Notes: generated by a model not told the origin, from the sequence alone. DNA of 64,000 nt from Calditrichales bacterium (GCA_965267575.1 OZ254086.1:4384001-4448000), one strand, 5' to 3'. Positions 41,373-51,393 are shown, numbered from the stretch's first letter. Program-made: numbers and translations.

Positions 41373-41999
41373 TTATGCGCCGGTCGTTATTTTTTGTTCA
41401 ATATTTTTAAGGATTGTCGCAAACGGCGGCCGGACGCTAAAAACATAGAGCTTCTCCAAAAAAGTATCTCGGCTCCAGCCTTTGCCCGCCAGCAGTTCCA
41501 GCAGACGAAAATAGCGGTCTTCCCGGCGCATTTGTTCGCCGTATTTGTTCTTTAGGTCGCTAAGCAGATTCTCCGTCTCTTTATGCACACCGGGGCAGTC
41601 CGGCGCAGGCCAGGCGTAAACGAACTCTTCGTTGTTACTCTCCAGGTCAACGCTGCGGCCAACGGGCGCCGTGGCACATACCAACGGTTTATGTTGCGGG
41701 TGCAAAGCGCATAGCCCTTTCAGGCTGCCGTCGTCTTCCATTTGGTTGATCAGGTAGGGACAAAACATAAACGGCTTCTTTTTAAAGGCGATCTTTGGCC
41801 GCCAGACGCCGCGCGGATCAGGCACCAGCATCACCCGGCTGCTATCAAAAAGCTCGCGTGTCGAATGCATTTTATCAAAACGCGCCATTTTATAAAGATC
41901 GTACAGATTCAACAATACCTTTTGATCACCGGTACAGCAGTGGCCGCACATGGTACATTCAAAACTATAGCTGTTACTAATAACGGGAAATTGGGACAT
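41373..41999 (-). CDS. YkgJ-family cysteine-cluster protein
   Basis: FECTMCGHCC, CPYL, CALH..KPLVC, CPG. Confidence 0.85.
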   Translation of the reverse strand: MSQFPVISNSYSFECTMCGHCCTGDQKVLLNLYDLYKMARFDKMHSTRELFDSSRVMLVPDPRGVWRPKIAFKKKPFMFCPYLINQMEDDGSLKGLCALHPQHKPLVCATAPVGRSVDLESNNEEFVYAWPAPDCPGVHKETENLLSDLKNKYGEQMRREDRYFRLLELLAGKGWSRDTFLEKLYVFSVRPPFATILKNIEQKITTGA

Positions 42000-42108
42000 G
42001 GGGTTGAATTTATGAATTGAATTGATGAATTAGTGAATTAGCGGGTTGCTTACCATCTCCGCCCGGAAACGCACGCCAAAACCTGAACAGGTGAACACCT
42101 GAATACAT

Positions 42109-42762
42109 CTATAGATTCTGTACTTTCTCCAATAAATCATTCGGTCCGGCAAGAACCAGTATGTCGCTGTCTTTCAGCACATAATCTCCTTCCGGAAAAA
42201 CCACTTCTTCTTCAGGTACCACGTTCTTTATCATGATCAGTCTGATTTTGTATTCATCTTCAATGTTCAGGTCGCTTAGCTTTTCGCCTTCCCACTCTTC
42301 AGGGACGGTCAACTGGATGATGCTGTATTTGTCGGACAGCGGCAAAAAGTCGATCACATTGTTGCGCGAAAGGGCCTGCGCGAAACGGGCGGCCATATCC
42401 CGTTCCGGAAAAACGGTGGATTGCGCGCCGACCATACCGAGAATTTTGGCGTGGTCTTCCGTCGCGGCCTTGGCATATATCTCCTTTATGCCCAGTTCCT
42501 TCAGGTGAAGCGTCACCAGGATGCTAAGCTCAATGTCATCGCCCATGGAAACCACTACTTTGTCATACTCTTTGATGGAAACCTGCTCGAGCGTCTGTTT
42601 GTTTGTGGCATCACCCACCACGGCCTGCTCGATAAATTTTTTCACTTTATCGATTTTTTGCTCATTGATATCCACGGCCAGGGTTTCAACGCCCAGTTCA
42701 GCCAAACTCTGGCACAGGTAAAAGCCAAAACTGCTCAGGCCTACAACAGCAACGGAGGGCAT
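42109..42762 (-). CDS. ktrA: Trk/Ktr potassium uptake regulatory (RCK) subunit
   Basis: VVGLSSFG, VVGDAT, AKA..HAKIL..VGA..FPERDMA, TrkA-C domain. Confidence 0.9.
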   Translation of the reverse strand: MPSVAVVGLSSFGFYLCQSLAELGVETLAVDINEQKIDKVKKFIEQAVVGDATNKQTLEQVSIKEYDKVVVSMGDDIELSILVTLHLKELGIKEIYAKAATEDHAKILGMVGAQSTVFPERDMAARFAQALSRNNVIDFLPLSDKYSIIQLTVPEEWEGEKLSDLNIEDEYKIRLIMIKNVVPEEEVVFPEGDYVLKDSDILVLAGPNDLLEKVQNL

Positions 42763-42790
42763 AATTTTTCCTTTCTTTTTACGATCGTAT

Positions 42791-44131
42791 TCAGCCGATC
42801 ATAATATTTTCGCTGGGATAGCGGAATGTTTTCTTTTCGCGCACCAGCAGCGCCATTGAGATGGTCAGCGGACCGAGGCGTCCCACAAACATCAGCAGCG
42901 TTATCAGCAGCTTGCCGGCGTGGCTGAGCGTTGCGGTCACGCCGGTGGAAAGCCCCACCGTTCCCAGCGCGGATACACATTCGAACAGGTATTCGGGCAC
43001 CATGGCCCGTTCCCCCGCGGGCGTTAACGCGGTCGTTTCCGATATTGACAGCAACAGGGTGCCGGCACCGGCCAATATAATAAAAAAGAACGCCACCGAA
43101 ATGGCCCGCGAAACCGTTGCCTCGGGAATGCGCCGGAAGTAAAGCGTAACATCATTCTGGTTTTGCGCACGGCTGCGCAGCATCCCCAATAGCACGGCAA
43201 AGGTGGTTGTTTTTACCCCGCCGCCGCAGGAGCCCGTAGAAGCGCCGACAAACATTAAAAATATCACGAACAGCAATGTCTGCGGTGCCAGCAGGGAGAA
43301 ATCCACCGTATTAAAACCCGCCGTGCGCGCCGTGACCGACTGGAAAAAAGCTGCCAGCACACGCTCGTCCGGCGTTAATCCGGCCAGGGCATTATTCCAT
43401 TCAAACACAAGAAAAAGAATCCAGCCTCCTGCCAGCAAAAAGCCGGTCATACGCAAGACAAGTTTTGAATGAAAAGAAATTTTTTCCTGCTTGCGCCGGG
43501 CGAAGTTCAACACTTCATAGACCACTACAAAGCCGAGGCCGCCGGAGACGATGAGCAGCATCAAAACGGCGTTGATAAACCAGTCGCCGGAATAGCTCAT
43601 AAAACTGTCGCTGTACAAGGCAAAGCCGGCGTTGCAAAAAGCGGAAATGGAGTGAAAAACCGCATGCCAGACGGCTTCCAGGGTGGGCATGGTCTGCATA
43701 AAGCGCCAGCTTAATAAAACCGCGCCCACAGCTTCGGAGAAAAAGGTGAAAGCAAAAATGGTGCGGATCAGTTTGCGCATACTAATGTATTGCCCCGGAC
43801 TGAAGGAGGTGCTAAGCAGGTCGCGCGTTCCGCCGGAGAATCTGCCGCGCAGCAAAAACAGAAACAGCGTCGAAAAGGTCATAATACCCAGTCCGCCAAG
43901 CTGTATCAAAACCAGTATGACAATCTGCCCAAAAGTTGAAAAATAGCTGCCGGTATCAACAACGATGAGGCCGGTAACGCAGGTGGCAGATGTGGCGGTA
44001 AATAACGCGTCGGTAAAACTTAACGGTTGTTCGGCGCTGGCCTGCGGGAAGAGAAGAGCAATTGTGCCCAGCATAATTACCGCGGCAAAACCGGCTGCTA
44101 TAAGGCGCGAAGGTGTCAGAAATTTCTTCAC
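42791..44131 (-). CDS. ktrB: Trk/Ktr potassium uptake membrane subunit
   Basis: SATCVTGL, SAFCNAGF, RTAGFNT, SALGTVGLS, MFVGRLGPLT. Confidence 0.92.
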   Translation of the reverse strand: MKKFLTPSRLIAAGFAAVIMLGTIALLFPQASAEQPLSFTDALFTATSATCVTGLIVVDTGSYFSTFGQIVILVLIQLGGLGIMTFSTLFLFLLRGRFSGGTRDLLSTSFSPGQYISMRKLIRTIFAFTFFSEAVGAVLLSWRFMQTMPTLEAVWHAVFHSISAFCNAGFALYSDSFMSYSGDWFINAVLMLLIVSGGLGFVVVYEVLNFARRKQEKISFHSKLVLRMTGFLLAGGWILFLVFEWNNALAGLTPDERVLAAFFQSVTARTAGFNTVDFSLLAPQTLLFVIFLMFVGASTGSCGGGVKTTTFAVLLGMLRSRAQNQNDVTLYFRRIPEATVSRAISVAFFFIILAGAGTLLLSISETTALTPAGERAMVPEYLFECVSALGTVGLSTGVTATLSHAGKLLITLLMFVGRLGPLTISMALLVREKKTFRYPSENIMIG

Positions 44132-44139
44132 AGTAAAGA

Positions 44140-45075
44140 TCAGGCTTTTTTGAAAATATCCATAAAATAATGAATGGTCTGCTTCAAACCCTCTATCAGA
44201 TCGTATTGCGGCTCAAATTTCAGCGCTTCACGACCACGCTGCACCGAAGCCAGGCTGTGCTTGATGTCGCCGGGACGCTCGGCCTCGTGGCGGATCGTAC
44301 TGCTGCTGCCCGTCGTTTCAATGATCAGCTCGCACAGTTCACGGATGGTGATGGAGCTACCGCGGGCCACGTTGTACACGTCGTTAGCCTCCGGCGTGGT
44401 GGCCGCTTTTACGTTGGCCTGCACCACGTCTTTTACAAAAACGAAATCGCGTGTCTGCTCGCCGTCGCCAAAAATAACCAGCGGCTCGTTTTTCAGGGCG
44501 CGGGCCACAAAGATCGGTATCGCCGCGGCGTAGGCGCTGTTGGGGTCCTGACGCGGGCCAAACACATTGAAATATCGCAGCGAGGCCGTGCCCAAACCGT
44601 AAGATTCATAATAGAGTCGCAGATAGTATTCGCCATCCAGCTTTGTGATGCCGTAAGGCGATTTGGGTTCGGGACGCATTTCTTCTTTTTTGGGGGAAAC
44701 GGGGTTGTCGCCATAGACCGCCGCGGACGAGCTATGAACCACTTTTTTAACACCGTACTGCCGGGCGGCATCAAGCACATTCAGCAGTCCGGTCACGTTT
44801 ATATCCAGGCATTCCTGCGGTTTTTCCATCGATTCCGGCACGGAAATGAGTGCCGCCAGGTGATGCACGTAATCGGCGCCTTCGATCACCTTAAAGGTCA
44901 GGTCACGGTCACAGATCGATCCTTCATGTAAAACCGCTTTGGGAAAAAGTGCCGCATTTTCCCGCTTGCCGCTGCGAAAGCTGTCCAGAATATGCACATC
45001 GGCGCCCTGCCCCAGCCAGTGCTCCACAATATGACTCCCGATAAACCCGGCGCCGCCGGTTACAACCACTTTCAT
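44140..45075 (-). CDS. NAD-dependent epimerase/dehydratase (UDP-sugar 4-epimerase-like)
   Basis: TGGAGFIG, SSAAVYG, PYGITK, LRYFNVFGPRQ, DGEQTRDF. Confidence 0.93.
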   Translation of the reverse strand: MKVVVTGGAGFIGSHIVEHWLGQGADVHILDSFRSGKRENAALFPKAVLHEGSICDRDLTFKVIEGADYVHHLAALISVPESMEKPQECLDINVTGLLNVLDAARQYGVKKVVHSSSAAVYGDNPVSPKKEEMRPEPKSPYGITKLDGEYYLRLYYESYGLGTASLRYFNVFGPRQDPNSAYAAAIPIFVARALKNEPLVIFGDGEQTRDFVFVKDVVQANVKAATTPEANDVYNVARGSSITIRELCELIIETTGSSSTIRHEAERPGDIKHSLASVQRGREALKFEPQYDLIEGLKQTIHYFMDIFKKA

Positions 45076-45226
45076 GCATCCTCCCCGTTCGTTTTAATGG
45101 AGGCGCAAAATAGGGATTTTATGGATGCGGTGCCATAAGCATAATTGACAAGAAAAATTGTTTCCCTGCAAACAGGCAATTAAAACAATCTTTATTTATT
45201 TTAGGGTTAAAGAAAGGAGAAAAACG

Positions 45227-45985
45227 ATGTTACGTTCTATCCTGTTTGCCTTGATACTTACAACAAGCCTTCACGCCCAGGCCTTTGAAACCTTCACTTT
45301 TCCCAGCGAAGACAGCGTGCGGATTACGGCCGATTATTATAAAGTTGCTGAAGACGCGCCGCTGATCATTCTTTTTCACCAGGCCGGCTGGAGCCGCGGT
45401 GAATACCGGCAAACCGCGCCCAAACTGAACGCCATGGGCTACAACTGCCTAGCCATCGATCAGCGCGCGGGCAATATTGTTAACAACGTCCCCAACCTCA
45501 CCGCGGAACGCGCCGAATTGTCCGGCAAAAGCGCCACCTACCTGGATGCCCTGCAGGACATGCGCGCGGCTTTGGCATTTGCTGAAGACAGTCTCAACGC
45601 GTTGAATGTCACCATCCTCGGAAGCTCCTATTCGGCCTCGCTTTGCCTTGTACTGGCCGCGCAATACCAGGAGCAGCTCAGCTCGGTGATCGCTTTTTCG
45701 CCCGGTGAGTATTTCCGCAAAATGGGCAAAAGCGGCAACTATGTTCAGCAACATGCCGCAAAGCTGACGATCCCCGTATTTGTCACCTCGGCCAAAGACG
45801 AACACAATCAATGGAAAGCCATTTTTGAAGCTATCCCTTCGGACCAGAAGGTTTCTTTTTTGCCGGCTGAAGAAGGTCAGCACGGCTCGCGGGCATTATG
45901 GGAAAACTTCCCTCAGCATCAGGCCTATTGGGATGCTTTGACAGCGTTTCTGAAACAATACGTTCCCGCTACCCCGAACGAATAG
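45227..45985 (+). CDS. Secreted alpha/beta hydrolase
   Basis: AAGGAG ribosome-binding site, signal peptide, HQAG, GSSYSA nucleophile elbow, AFSPG, HGS. Confidence 0.85.
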   Translation: MLRSILFALILTTSLHAQAFETFTFPSEDSVRITADYYKVAEDAPLIILFHQAGWSRGEYRQTAPKLNAMGYNCLAIDQRAGNIVNNVPNLTAERAELSGKSATYLDALQDMRAALAFAEDSLNALNVTILGSSYSASLCLVLAAQYQEQLSSVIAFSPGEYFRKMGKSGNYVQQHAAKLTIPVFVTSAKDEHNQWKAIFEAIPSDQKVSFLPAEEGQHGSRALWENFPQHQAYWDALTAFLKQYVPATPNE

Positions 45986-46030
45986 CATCCGCCCTGTACG
46001 GCGTGATTGAAAAATATTAAAGGAGCACAT

Positions 46031-48790
46031 ATGGCGCAGCGCTTTCTGCTTTTCACCCTGATTCTGTTTCACCTGCCGCTGGCTGCCGGCGAGAACTGGC
46101 AACGCATTGAAGGCAATTACGCGATTGTAGAATTTTTGCCTCAGCACCGGGCTATCGCCGATTCCATTTTATATATCTCCGATGATGTAATGCCGGAGTT
46201 GTGCGCCTGGCATGGCGTACCGCTGGAAATGCTGGAACAGAAAAAGGCACATGTAATCTTTACCGACGCCCCGGATATTTCCAACGGCTTTGCCGTGGGC
46301 GAAACAATCGTTATTTACGCGACCTCTTCGTCTTACGTCGCCGGCTGGACAGGGCAACAAAACTGGTACCGCCTTGTCGTTACCCACGAGTTGGCGCACC
46401 ATGTAACGTTTCGCGCTCTGCAGCGCAAGCTGTCTTTTTTGGGGTTGGTAAGCGGCCTGGGTACACCACGCTGGTTTTATGAAGGGATCGCCCAATATTT
46501 TGCCGAGGACTGGACCCTGACCCGCGGCGACTATACCCTGCAAAGCAATCTGCTGAGCGGCAATTTTACCTATAACAGCCTGCTTAATCTTAACGACGGT
46601 CGCCTGCTCTACGCCGGCGCCAATGCCTATATTCGATGGCTGGCCACGGAGTATGGCGATTCGTCGCTGATAAAGCTGATGGCCCACAACAAAGACGGCT
46701 TTTTTTACGATTTCGACGAAGCCTTCAACGAAACATATGGAGCGTCACCGTCGGGCCTTTTCCCTGAATTTACACGTGATTTGATTTTGTATTACGGCGA
46801 CAAGCTGGCGGCCTATCCGGAAATTGAATGGGCCACGAAGATCCCCGGATATGGCTCGCAGACCTATCAGGTGCTGCCCTTCTCGCAGGAGGATTCCAGC
46901 TATATCCTGCTGGTACGCGACGAAAGCCATCAGCTGTATCTGAGTGCGGTACTGGCAAGGCGCTCAAACAGCGGCTGGCAGGAGGAGCGTCTTCTGGCAC
47001 GGGGTGTATCAACCGGGCTCGTTTTGAGCCGCGACAAAAAAACGCTGGCTTTCGGTAAGCCGCAAACCGGCGTCGAAAACAATCTGCAAACTTTAAGCTG
47101 GCGCTGGTTTGAACTGGACATCACCAGCGGCAAAAGCGTCGAACTGGACCACGGGCTTCGTGCACGCTATGGCGCTTACGACGCTCAAGGCCGCCTTTAC
47201 CTGGTCACCGTAGATGGTGCCCAATCGGCGATTTTGCACTACGATGACGGCAAAAGCGACACGCTGCTAGTTAACGACTTCGCCTTGGGCAAAATCGACA
47301 TAGGCCCGGCTGGTCAGATTTTAGTTGAGGGGCAGCGGCCTGATGGGAGTCGCGCCTTGTTTGAGCTGAAAAACGGCCAGTTTAAGGCGCTGGTGGAAGA
47401 CGGACTGGACAATCGCAATGTGGTTTTTACCGGTAGCGATATGATGTTTTTTAACAGCTATGAAGAAGAGATGCCGGTTGTCCGGTCCTACTCATTTGCC
47501 ACGGGCGAAAAACGCACACTGCTCAAAACAAACCGGCCCTATTTTCTGCAAAGCGCCAGCGACACGTCATTGATTGCCGCGACAATCAATAAGGGCAGCA
47601 GCACCATCACGCACCTTCCGTTGGACTCGCTTTTGAACACGCCCGCAAAACCGCGGGAACCCTGGGCCGTCAATCGCTATGCCGGCTGGACCACGCACAA
47701 GCCGCCGCAAACAAAAGCCGATACGCTGGCGCCGGTAGTACCATCGCTACTTCGGGCAGAAACAGTGGCTTTTCCGCAGGGCCACCTGTTACACGGGTTT
47801 TCCTTTGCTTTGCCCGATTACGATCCTTCCCTGGGCTTTGGCATTAGCGGCCTGACCACCTGGTTTGAACCTCTGCAGCGCCAAACGCTGGTGGGTATTT
47901 TTGGCATCTATCCGGAAAATTTTGACAAGTCGCTGGTTTTAATCGGTCACTACCTGCGCGCTTTTGAACTGGAGTGGCCTTCTTTTTACTACCATGGACC
48001 GGTGTTCTTCTCTTTTGACGGAGATGAATACCGGACACTGTACCGCGATATTATTTCCATGGGCGCGCACCGCACGCGCTACATTGGCGGCAACAGCTTC
48101 GCCCCCTGGACGGCAAGCATCGATTACGCCTGGCAGCGTTTTTATGGCGACGACATTCTTGAAGATTTTCAGTTTCACGGTCCGCTGCTTTCGCTGGGTG
48201 CCGCCTGGCGTCTGCCATCGCGCTACGATCCTTTTTTGCCGGAACGCAGCATTGGTGCAAGGGTCAGCCTGTTCCGTTCGCTGGAAGCGGATTATCCGTT
48301 TAGCGTTTACGACGCGGAACTGAACGCCGCCACTTCTTTTCTTTCGCCGCAGTTCGGTTTGCAGACAAAGCTTGTGTACACCGCCCTGGATGGCGATATC
48401 CCGCCGTTGATCGGCACCGGTATTGACCGTTTTTACGAATACGCCATCCCGCGTGACCTGCGCTTTTCACGGACCATCCGCGGCGTGCGCGAAGATATTT
48501 ACGGGGATAGATTGCTGTATGGCACAGTGCAGCTCAACTACCTGTTGACGGAGAGAAGCGGGCTGGTGCTGTTGGTGCTGCCGATGAATAATATCCTGCT
48601 GAGCGCATTCGGAGATGGCGCGCGGGTAAGCGCGAATGGAGAAATAAACATTTACAGCTACGGCGCGGAGATTACCTTTGGCGACGGGCCGGTGCGTTTT
48701 GGCGCAGGTTATGCCCTCGGAAAAGTAGAAGGCATGGAAGAGGACGAACGTTTCTTCCTGCGCTTTAAGCTATTCACGCCCTCCTTTTAA
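46031..48790 (+). CDS. Secreted protein with MA-clan metallopeptidase domain, beta-propeller and probable C-terminal outer-membrane barrel
   Basis: HELAH and WFYEGIAQY; propeller-like middle region; amphipathic strands with TIRG and SYGAEI; terminal Phe. Confidence 0.75.
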   Translation: MAQRFLLFTLILFHLPLAAGENWQRIEGNYAIVEFLPQHRAIADSILYISDDVMPELCAWHGVPLEMLEQKKAHVIFTDAPDISNGFAVGETIVIYATSSSYVAGWTGQQNWYRLVVTHELAHHVTFRALQRKLSFLGLVSGLGTPRWFYEGIAQYFAEDWTLTRGDYTLQSNLLSGNFTYNSLLNLNDGRLLYAGANAYIRWLATEYGDSSLIKLMAHNKDGFFYDFDEAFNETYGASPSGLFPEFTRDLILYYGDKLAAYPEIEWATKIPGYGSQTYQVLPFSQEDSSYILLVRDESHQLYLSAVLARRSNSGWQEERLLARGVSTGLVLSRDKKTLAFGKPQTGVENNLQTLSWRWFELDITSGKSVELDHGLRARYGAYDAQGRLYLVTVDGAQSAILHYDDGKSDTLLVNDFALGKIDIGPAGQILVEGQRPDGSRALFELKNGQFKALVEDGLDNRNVVFTGSDMMFFNSYEEEMPVVRSYSFATGEKRTLLKTNRPYFLQSASDTSLIAATINKGSSTITHLPLDSLLNTPAKPREPWAVNRYAGWTTHKPPQTKADTLAPVVPSLLRAETVAFPQGHLLHGFSFALPDYDPSLGFGISGLTTWFEPLQRQTLVGIFGIYPENFDKSLVLIGHYLRAFELEWPSFYYHGPVFFSFDGDEYRTLYRDIISMGAHRTRYIGGNSFAPWTASIDYAWQRFYGDDILEDFQFHGPLLSLGAAWRLPSRYDPFLPERSIGARVSLFRSLEADYPFSVYDAELNAATSFLSPQFGLQTKLVYTALDGDIPPLIGTGIDRFYEYAIPRDLRFSRTIRGVREDIYGDRLLYGTVQLNYLLTERSGLVLLVLPMNNILLSAFGDGARVSANGEINIYSYGAEITFGDGPVRFGAGYALGKVEGMEEDERFFLRFKLFTPSF

Positions 48791-48931
48791 TTTTGACAGG
48801 ATTACAGGATTTGACACGATTAAAATATAAATTGATTGTTTGGCTTAGCTCATTTAACTGGCAAGAGGGCTATAAGCCGGAAATATTCTTTTCAAAATAA
48901 TCCTGTACATCTTGTTCATCCTGTCAAAATT
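48789..48931. repeat. MITE-like element with inverted ends built from short tandem units
   Basis: AATTTTGACAGGAT (48789-48802) and ATCCTGTCAAAATT (48918-48931), with internal ACAGGATT-like units in both arms. Confidence 0.7.
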
Positions 48932-50150
48932 TATTCCGCGCGGCGCTGAAACCAGCGCTGTCTTGCAACCAGGCCCAGGCCAACGCCAGGTACGGCGGCG
49001 TCAGCAGCATCAGCGCCATGCGGTTATCCTGGTCAAAAGCGGGCAGCAGCTTTAGAACAATCACAAGCAGAATGGCCGCACCGTGAATAACCCACAGCCG
49101 CGCCGGCCACAGGCGTGATGCGTTTTTGCGAAACAGCACAATCCAGCACCAGACGGCCAGCAAAAATGTCAGCGGGTTGGCAAAAATGAGATTCTCGTTT
49201 CCATGGGTCACTTCATGGTCGGTGAAAAAGGCCATAAAAAACAACACCATTCCCAAAAACCCAAAGATACTGGCGCTAATAGCAGACAAGGTTTTAACTG
49301 TTTTGTGAAGATTGTAAACACGGGCAAACACGATCAATCCTGCCCAAAGCAAACCGGCAAGTAGAGTCCACCAGGGTGTGGAATCGGCCTCATCCGGCAC
49401 GGGCGGGCGGTTCGGCGCCTCCTTCTGGAAATAACCGGCGCGCTCCAGTTTCAGCGCGTTTTCATAGCTTACGGCAGCCACGTTGCGCATCAGTTCATCG
49501 GGCAGAAACATCTCATCCCAACGCTGGATTGGCTTATCGATGGTATCATTCATCAGGAACAAAAGCAGCCATTGCATCAACGGGCTCTGGTCGGTGTAGC
49601 GGATAGTGTGTTCGCGAAATGTTTGGCGGCCGGGAACTTTTGTTGCAGCAGCAAACTGCCCGTTCAGCGCGCGATCGATCATGTCACGTAAACGGGTGGA
49701 GCAATTCTCGTAATAGTGGTGGTAAAGATAAGCGGCGTTTTCGGGTCGCACCTGAATAACCAGCTCACGGGCTAGCTCCAACCGCTCGGCAGGTTCGAGA
49801 TTTAGTTCCTGCACATAGATGGAGCGGCCGGCGTTGCTGTAACGAATGATCGTGGAACCTAGTCCGGCGTCACCGCCCCAGAAAATCAATCGCCCGAAAA
49901 TAAAATTGCGTATAAAACCCTCTTCGAAGGAGTAGAGCCCAAAGTTGTAAACACGTGACATCCTGCTTGTGGTATCGCGGACGGCCAGCGCCGTATGACC
50001 AAACCAGTCGGTCAGGTTATCGCCCTGGCCAAATGTCAGCAGGATAATCTCAAGGTCTTCACCTTGCGCCATAACCGGTTCTTCCCAGGAGACGGTCTGA
50101 GCGGCCAGCCAGGAATGCAAAAGCAGCAGAAAGATCAGTTTCGTTTTCAT
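48924..50150 (-). CDS. DUF4105 / Lnb-like lipoprotein N-acyltransferase domain membrane protein
   Basis: FGHTAL, YNFG, ENCSTR, MFLPDEL and C-terminal TM helices. Confidence 0.8.
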   Translation of the reverse strand: MKTKLIFLLLLHSWLAAQTVSWEEPVMAQGEDLEIILLTFGQGDNLTDWFGHTALAVRDTTSRMSRVYNFGLYSFEEGFIRNFIFGRLIFWGGDAGLGSTIIRYSNAGRSIYVQELNLEPAERLELARELVIQVRPENAAYLYHHYYENCSTRLRDMIDRALNGQFAAATKVPGRQTFREHTIRYTDQSPLMQWLLLFLMNDTIDKPIQRWDEMFLPDELMRNVAAVSYENALKLERAGYFQKEAPNRPPVPDEADSTPWWTLLAGLLWAGLIVFARVYNLHKTVKTLSAISASIFGFLGMVLFFMAFFTDHEVTHGNENLIFANPLTFLLAVWCWIVLFRKNASRLWPARLWVIHGAAILLVIVLKLLPAFDQDNRMALMLLTPPYLALAWAWLQDSAGFSAARNKF

Positions 50151-50336
50151 AGGCGTTTTCCTTTTACGGCGGGAAAGCTAGCGGCAAAGGCAATAGGAAT
50201 CAAACATTGTTGATCGCATTTTTGCGAAAAAGAAAAATTGCTTTAAATTAGCCGCCTTTTGGCGCAAGGCACGGGATTAATGCAGGAAAGCTATGCGTTT
50301 GCGCCTTTGAATTAACCTAAAATCAGGAGAAAATAT

Positions 50337-50771
50337 ATGTTTCCCATGCAGCCCCTCTACCCCGAAGAACTGGTGCAGCCGATGCGCGAAGAATTGACAG
50401 CATCCGGTTTTGAGGAACTGCGCACAGCCGAAGATGTGGACAATCTTTTGAATGAGCATCAGGGCACGGCCTTGCTTGTAATCAACTCCGTGTGCGGGTG
50501 CGCCGCGGGCAACGCGCGTCCCGGTGTGCGCATGGCCCTTTCCGGTGATGTATTGCCGGACAAGCTGGTAACCGTTTTTGCCGGCGTGGACCGCGAGGCT
50601 ACGGAAAAAGCACGCTCCTACCTGTTGGGCTATCCACCTTCTTCGCCGTCTATGGCGCTGTTCAAGGATGGCCAGGTGGTGCACATGATCCCGCGGATGC
50701 AGATCGAAGGCCGCTCACCGCAGCAGATCGCCGCGGAACTGGAGGAAGTTTTCGGCACCTTTTGTAAATAA
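50337..50771 (+). CDS. BrxA/BrxB-family bacilliredoxin
   Basis: PMREELT, INSVCGCAAGNARP, VFAGVDREAT, PPSSPSMALFKDG. Confidence 0.93.
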   Translation: MFPMQPLYPEELVQPMREELTASGFEELRTAEDVDNLLNEHQGTALLVINSVCGCAAGNARPGVRMALSGDVLPDKLVTVFAGVDREATEKARSYLLGYPPSSPSMALFKDGQVVHMIPRMQIEGRSPQQIAAELEEVFGTFCK

Positions 50772-50777
50772 AAATCT

Positions 50778-50802
50778 ATCCCGGCTTGTCCGGGATTTTT
50801 TT
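50778..50802 (+). terminator. Rho-independent terminator
   Basis: ATCCCGG-cttgt-CCGGGAT followed by a T-run. Confidence 0.75.
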
Positions 50803-50818
50803 CAATGGAGTTATTATC

Positions 50819-51325
50819 GTGTTTACACATTTTGATGACGATGCCCGCATCTGGATTTACGGTTTCAGCAAGCCGCTTAGCGACGAGAATATGGAGCTTG
50901 TTAAAAGCTACATGAAAGATTTCACGCGTGGCTGGGTCTCGCACGGCGATCAAGTATTGGGTGACTTTGAGATCGTTGAAAAGCGCTTTGTTTTCCTGGT
51001 GGCGGAGAACACGCTTTCCGGTTGTTCCATAGACGGCAGCGTTGATCTGTTCCGCAAGATCCGTGCCCTGCACGGGCTGGACGCGCTGAACCAGAACCTG
51101 ATCTTCTATCGTGACGACAGCCGCACAATCCGGTGCTCCGATCGCCTCAGCTTTCAACGCGAAGTGCAGCAGGGCCGCATTGATGAAAATACCCCTGTTT
51201 TTGACCTGAGTTTTGCGTCGTTGGGAGACCTGCGCAAAAGGCGCTTTGAGCTGCCCGCAGGTGAAAGCTGGCACGGCCGCGTTTTTAGCATACCCGCCAA
51301 AAAAGGTGACGAAGTGACCGGTTGA
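50819..51325 (+). CDS. Conserved hypothetical protein
   Basis: RIWIY, WVSHG and SGCSID motifs seen in FCB-group hypothetical proteins. GTG start after GGAG. Confidence 0.75.
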   Translation: MFTHFDDDARIWIYGFSKPLSDENMELVKSYMKDFTRGWVSHGDQVLGDFEIVEKRFVFLVAENTLSGCSIDGSVDLFRKIRALHGLDALNQNLIFYRDDSRTIRCSDRLSFQREVQQGRIDENTPVFDLSFASLGDLRKRRFELPAGESWHGRVFSIPAKKGDEVTG

Positions 51326-51393
51326 TACGGTCACGGTAAGATCATTCCCAAACCTACATTTGCGAATAACCAACCCCATACTAAAACAGAGCC

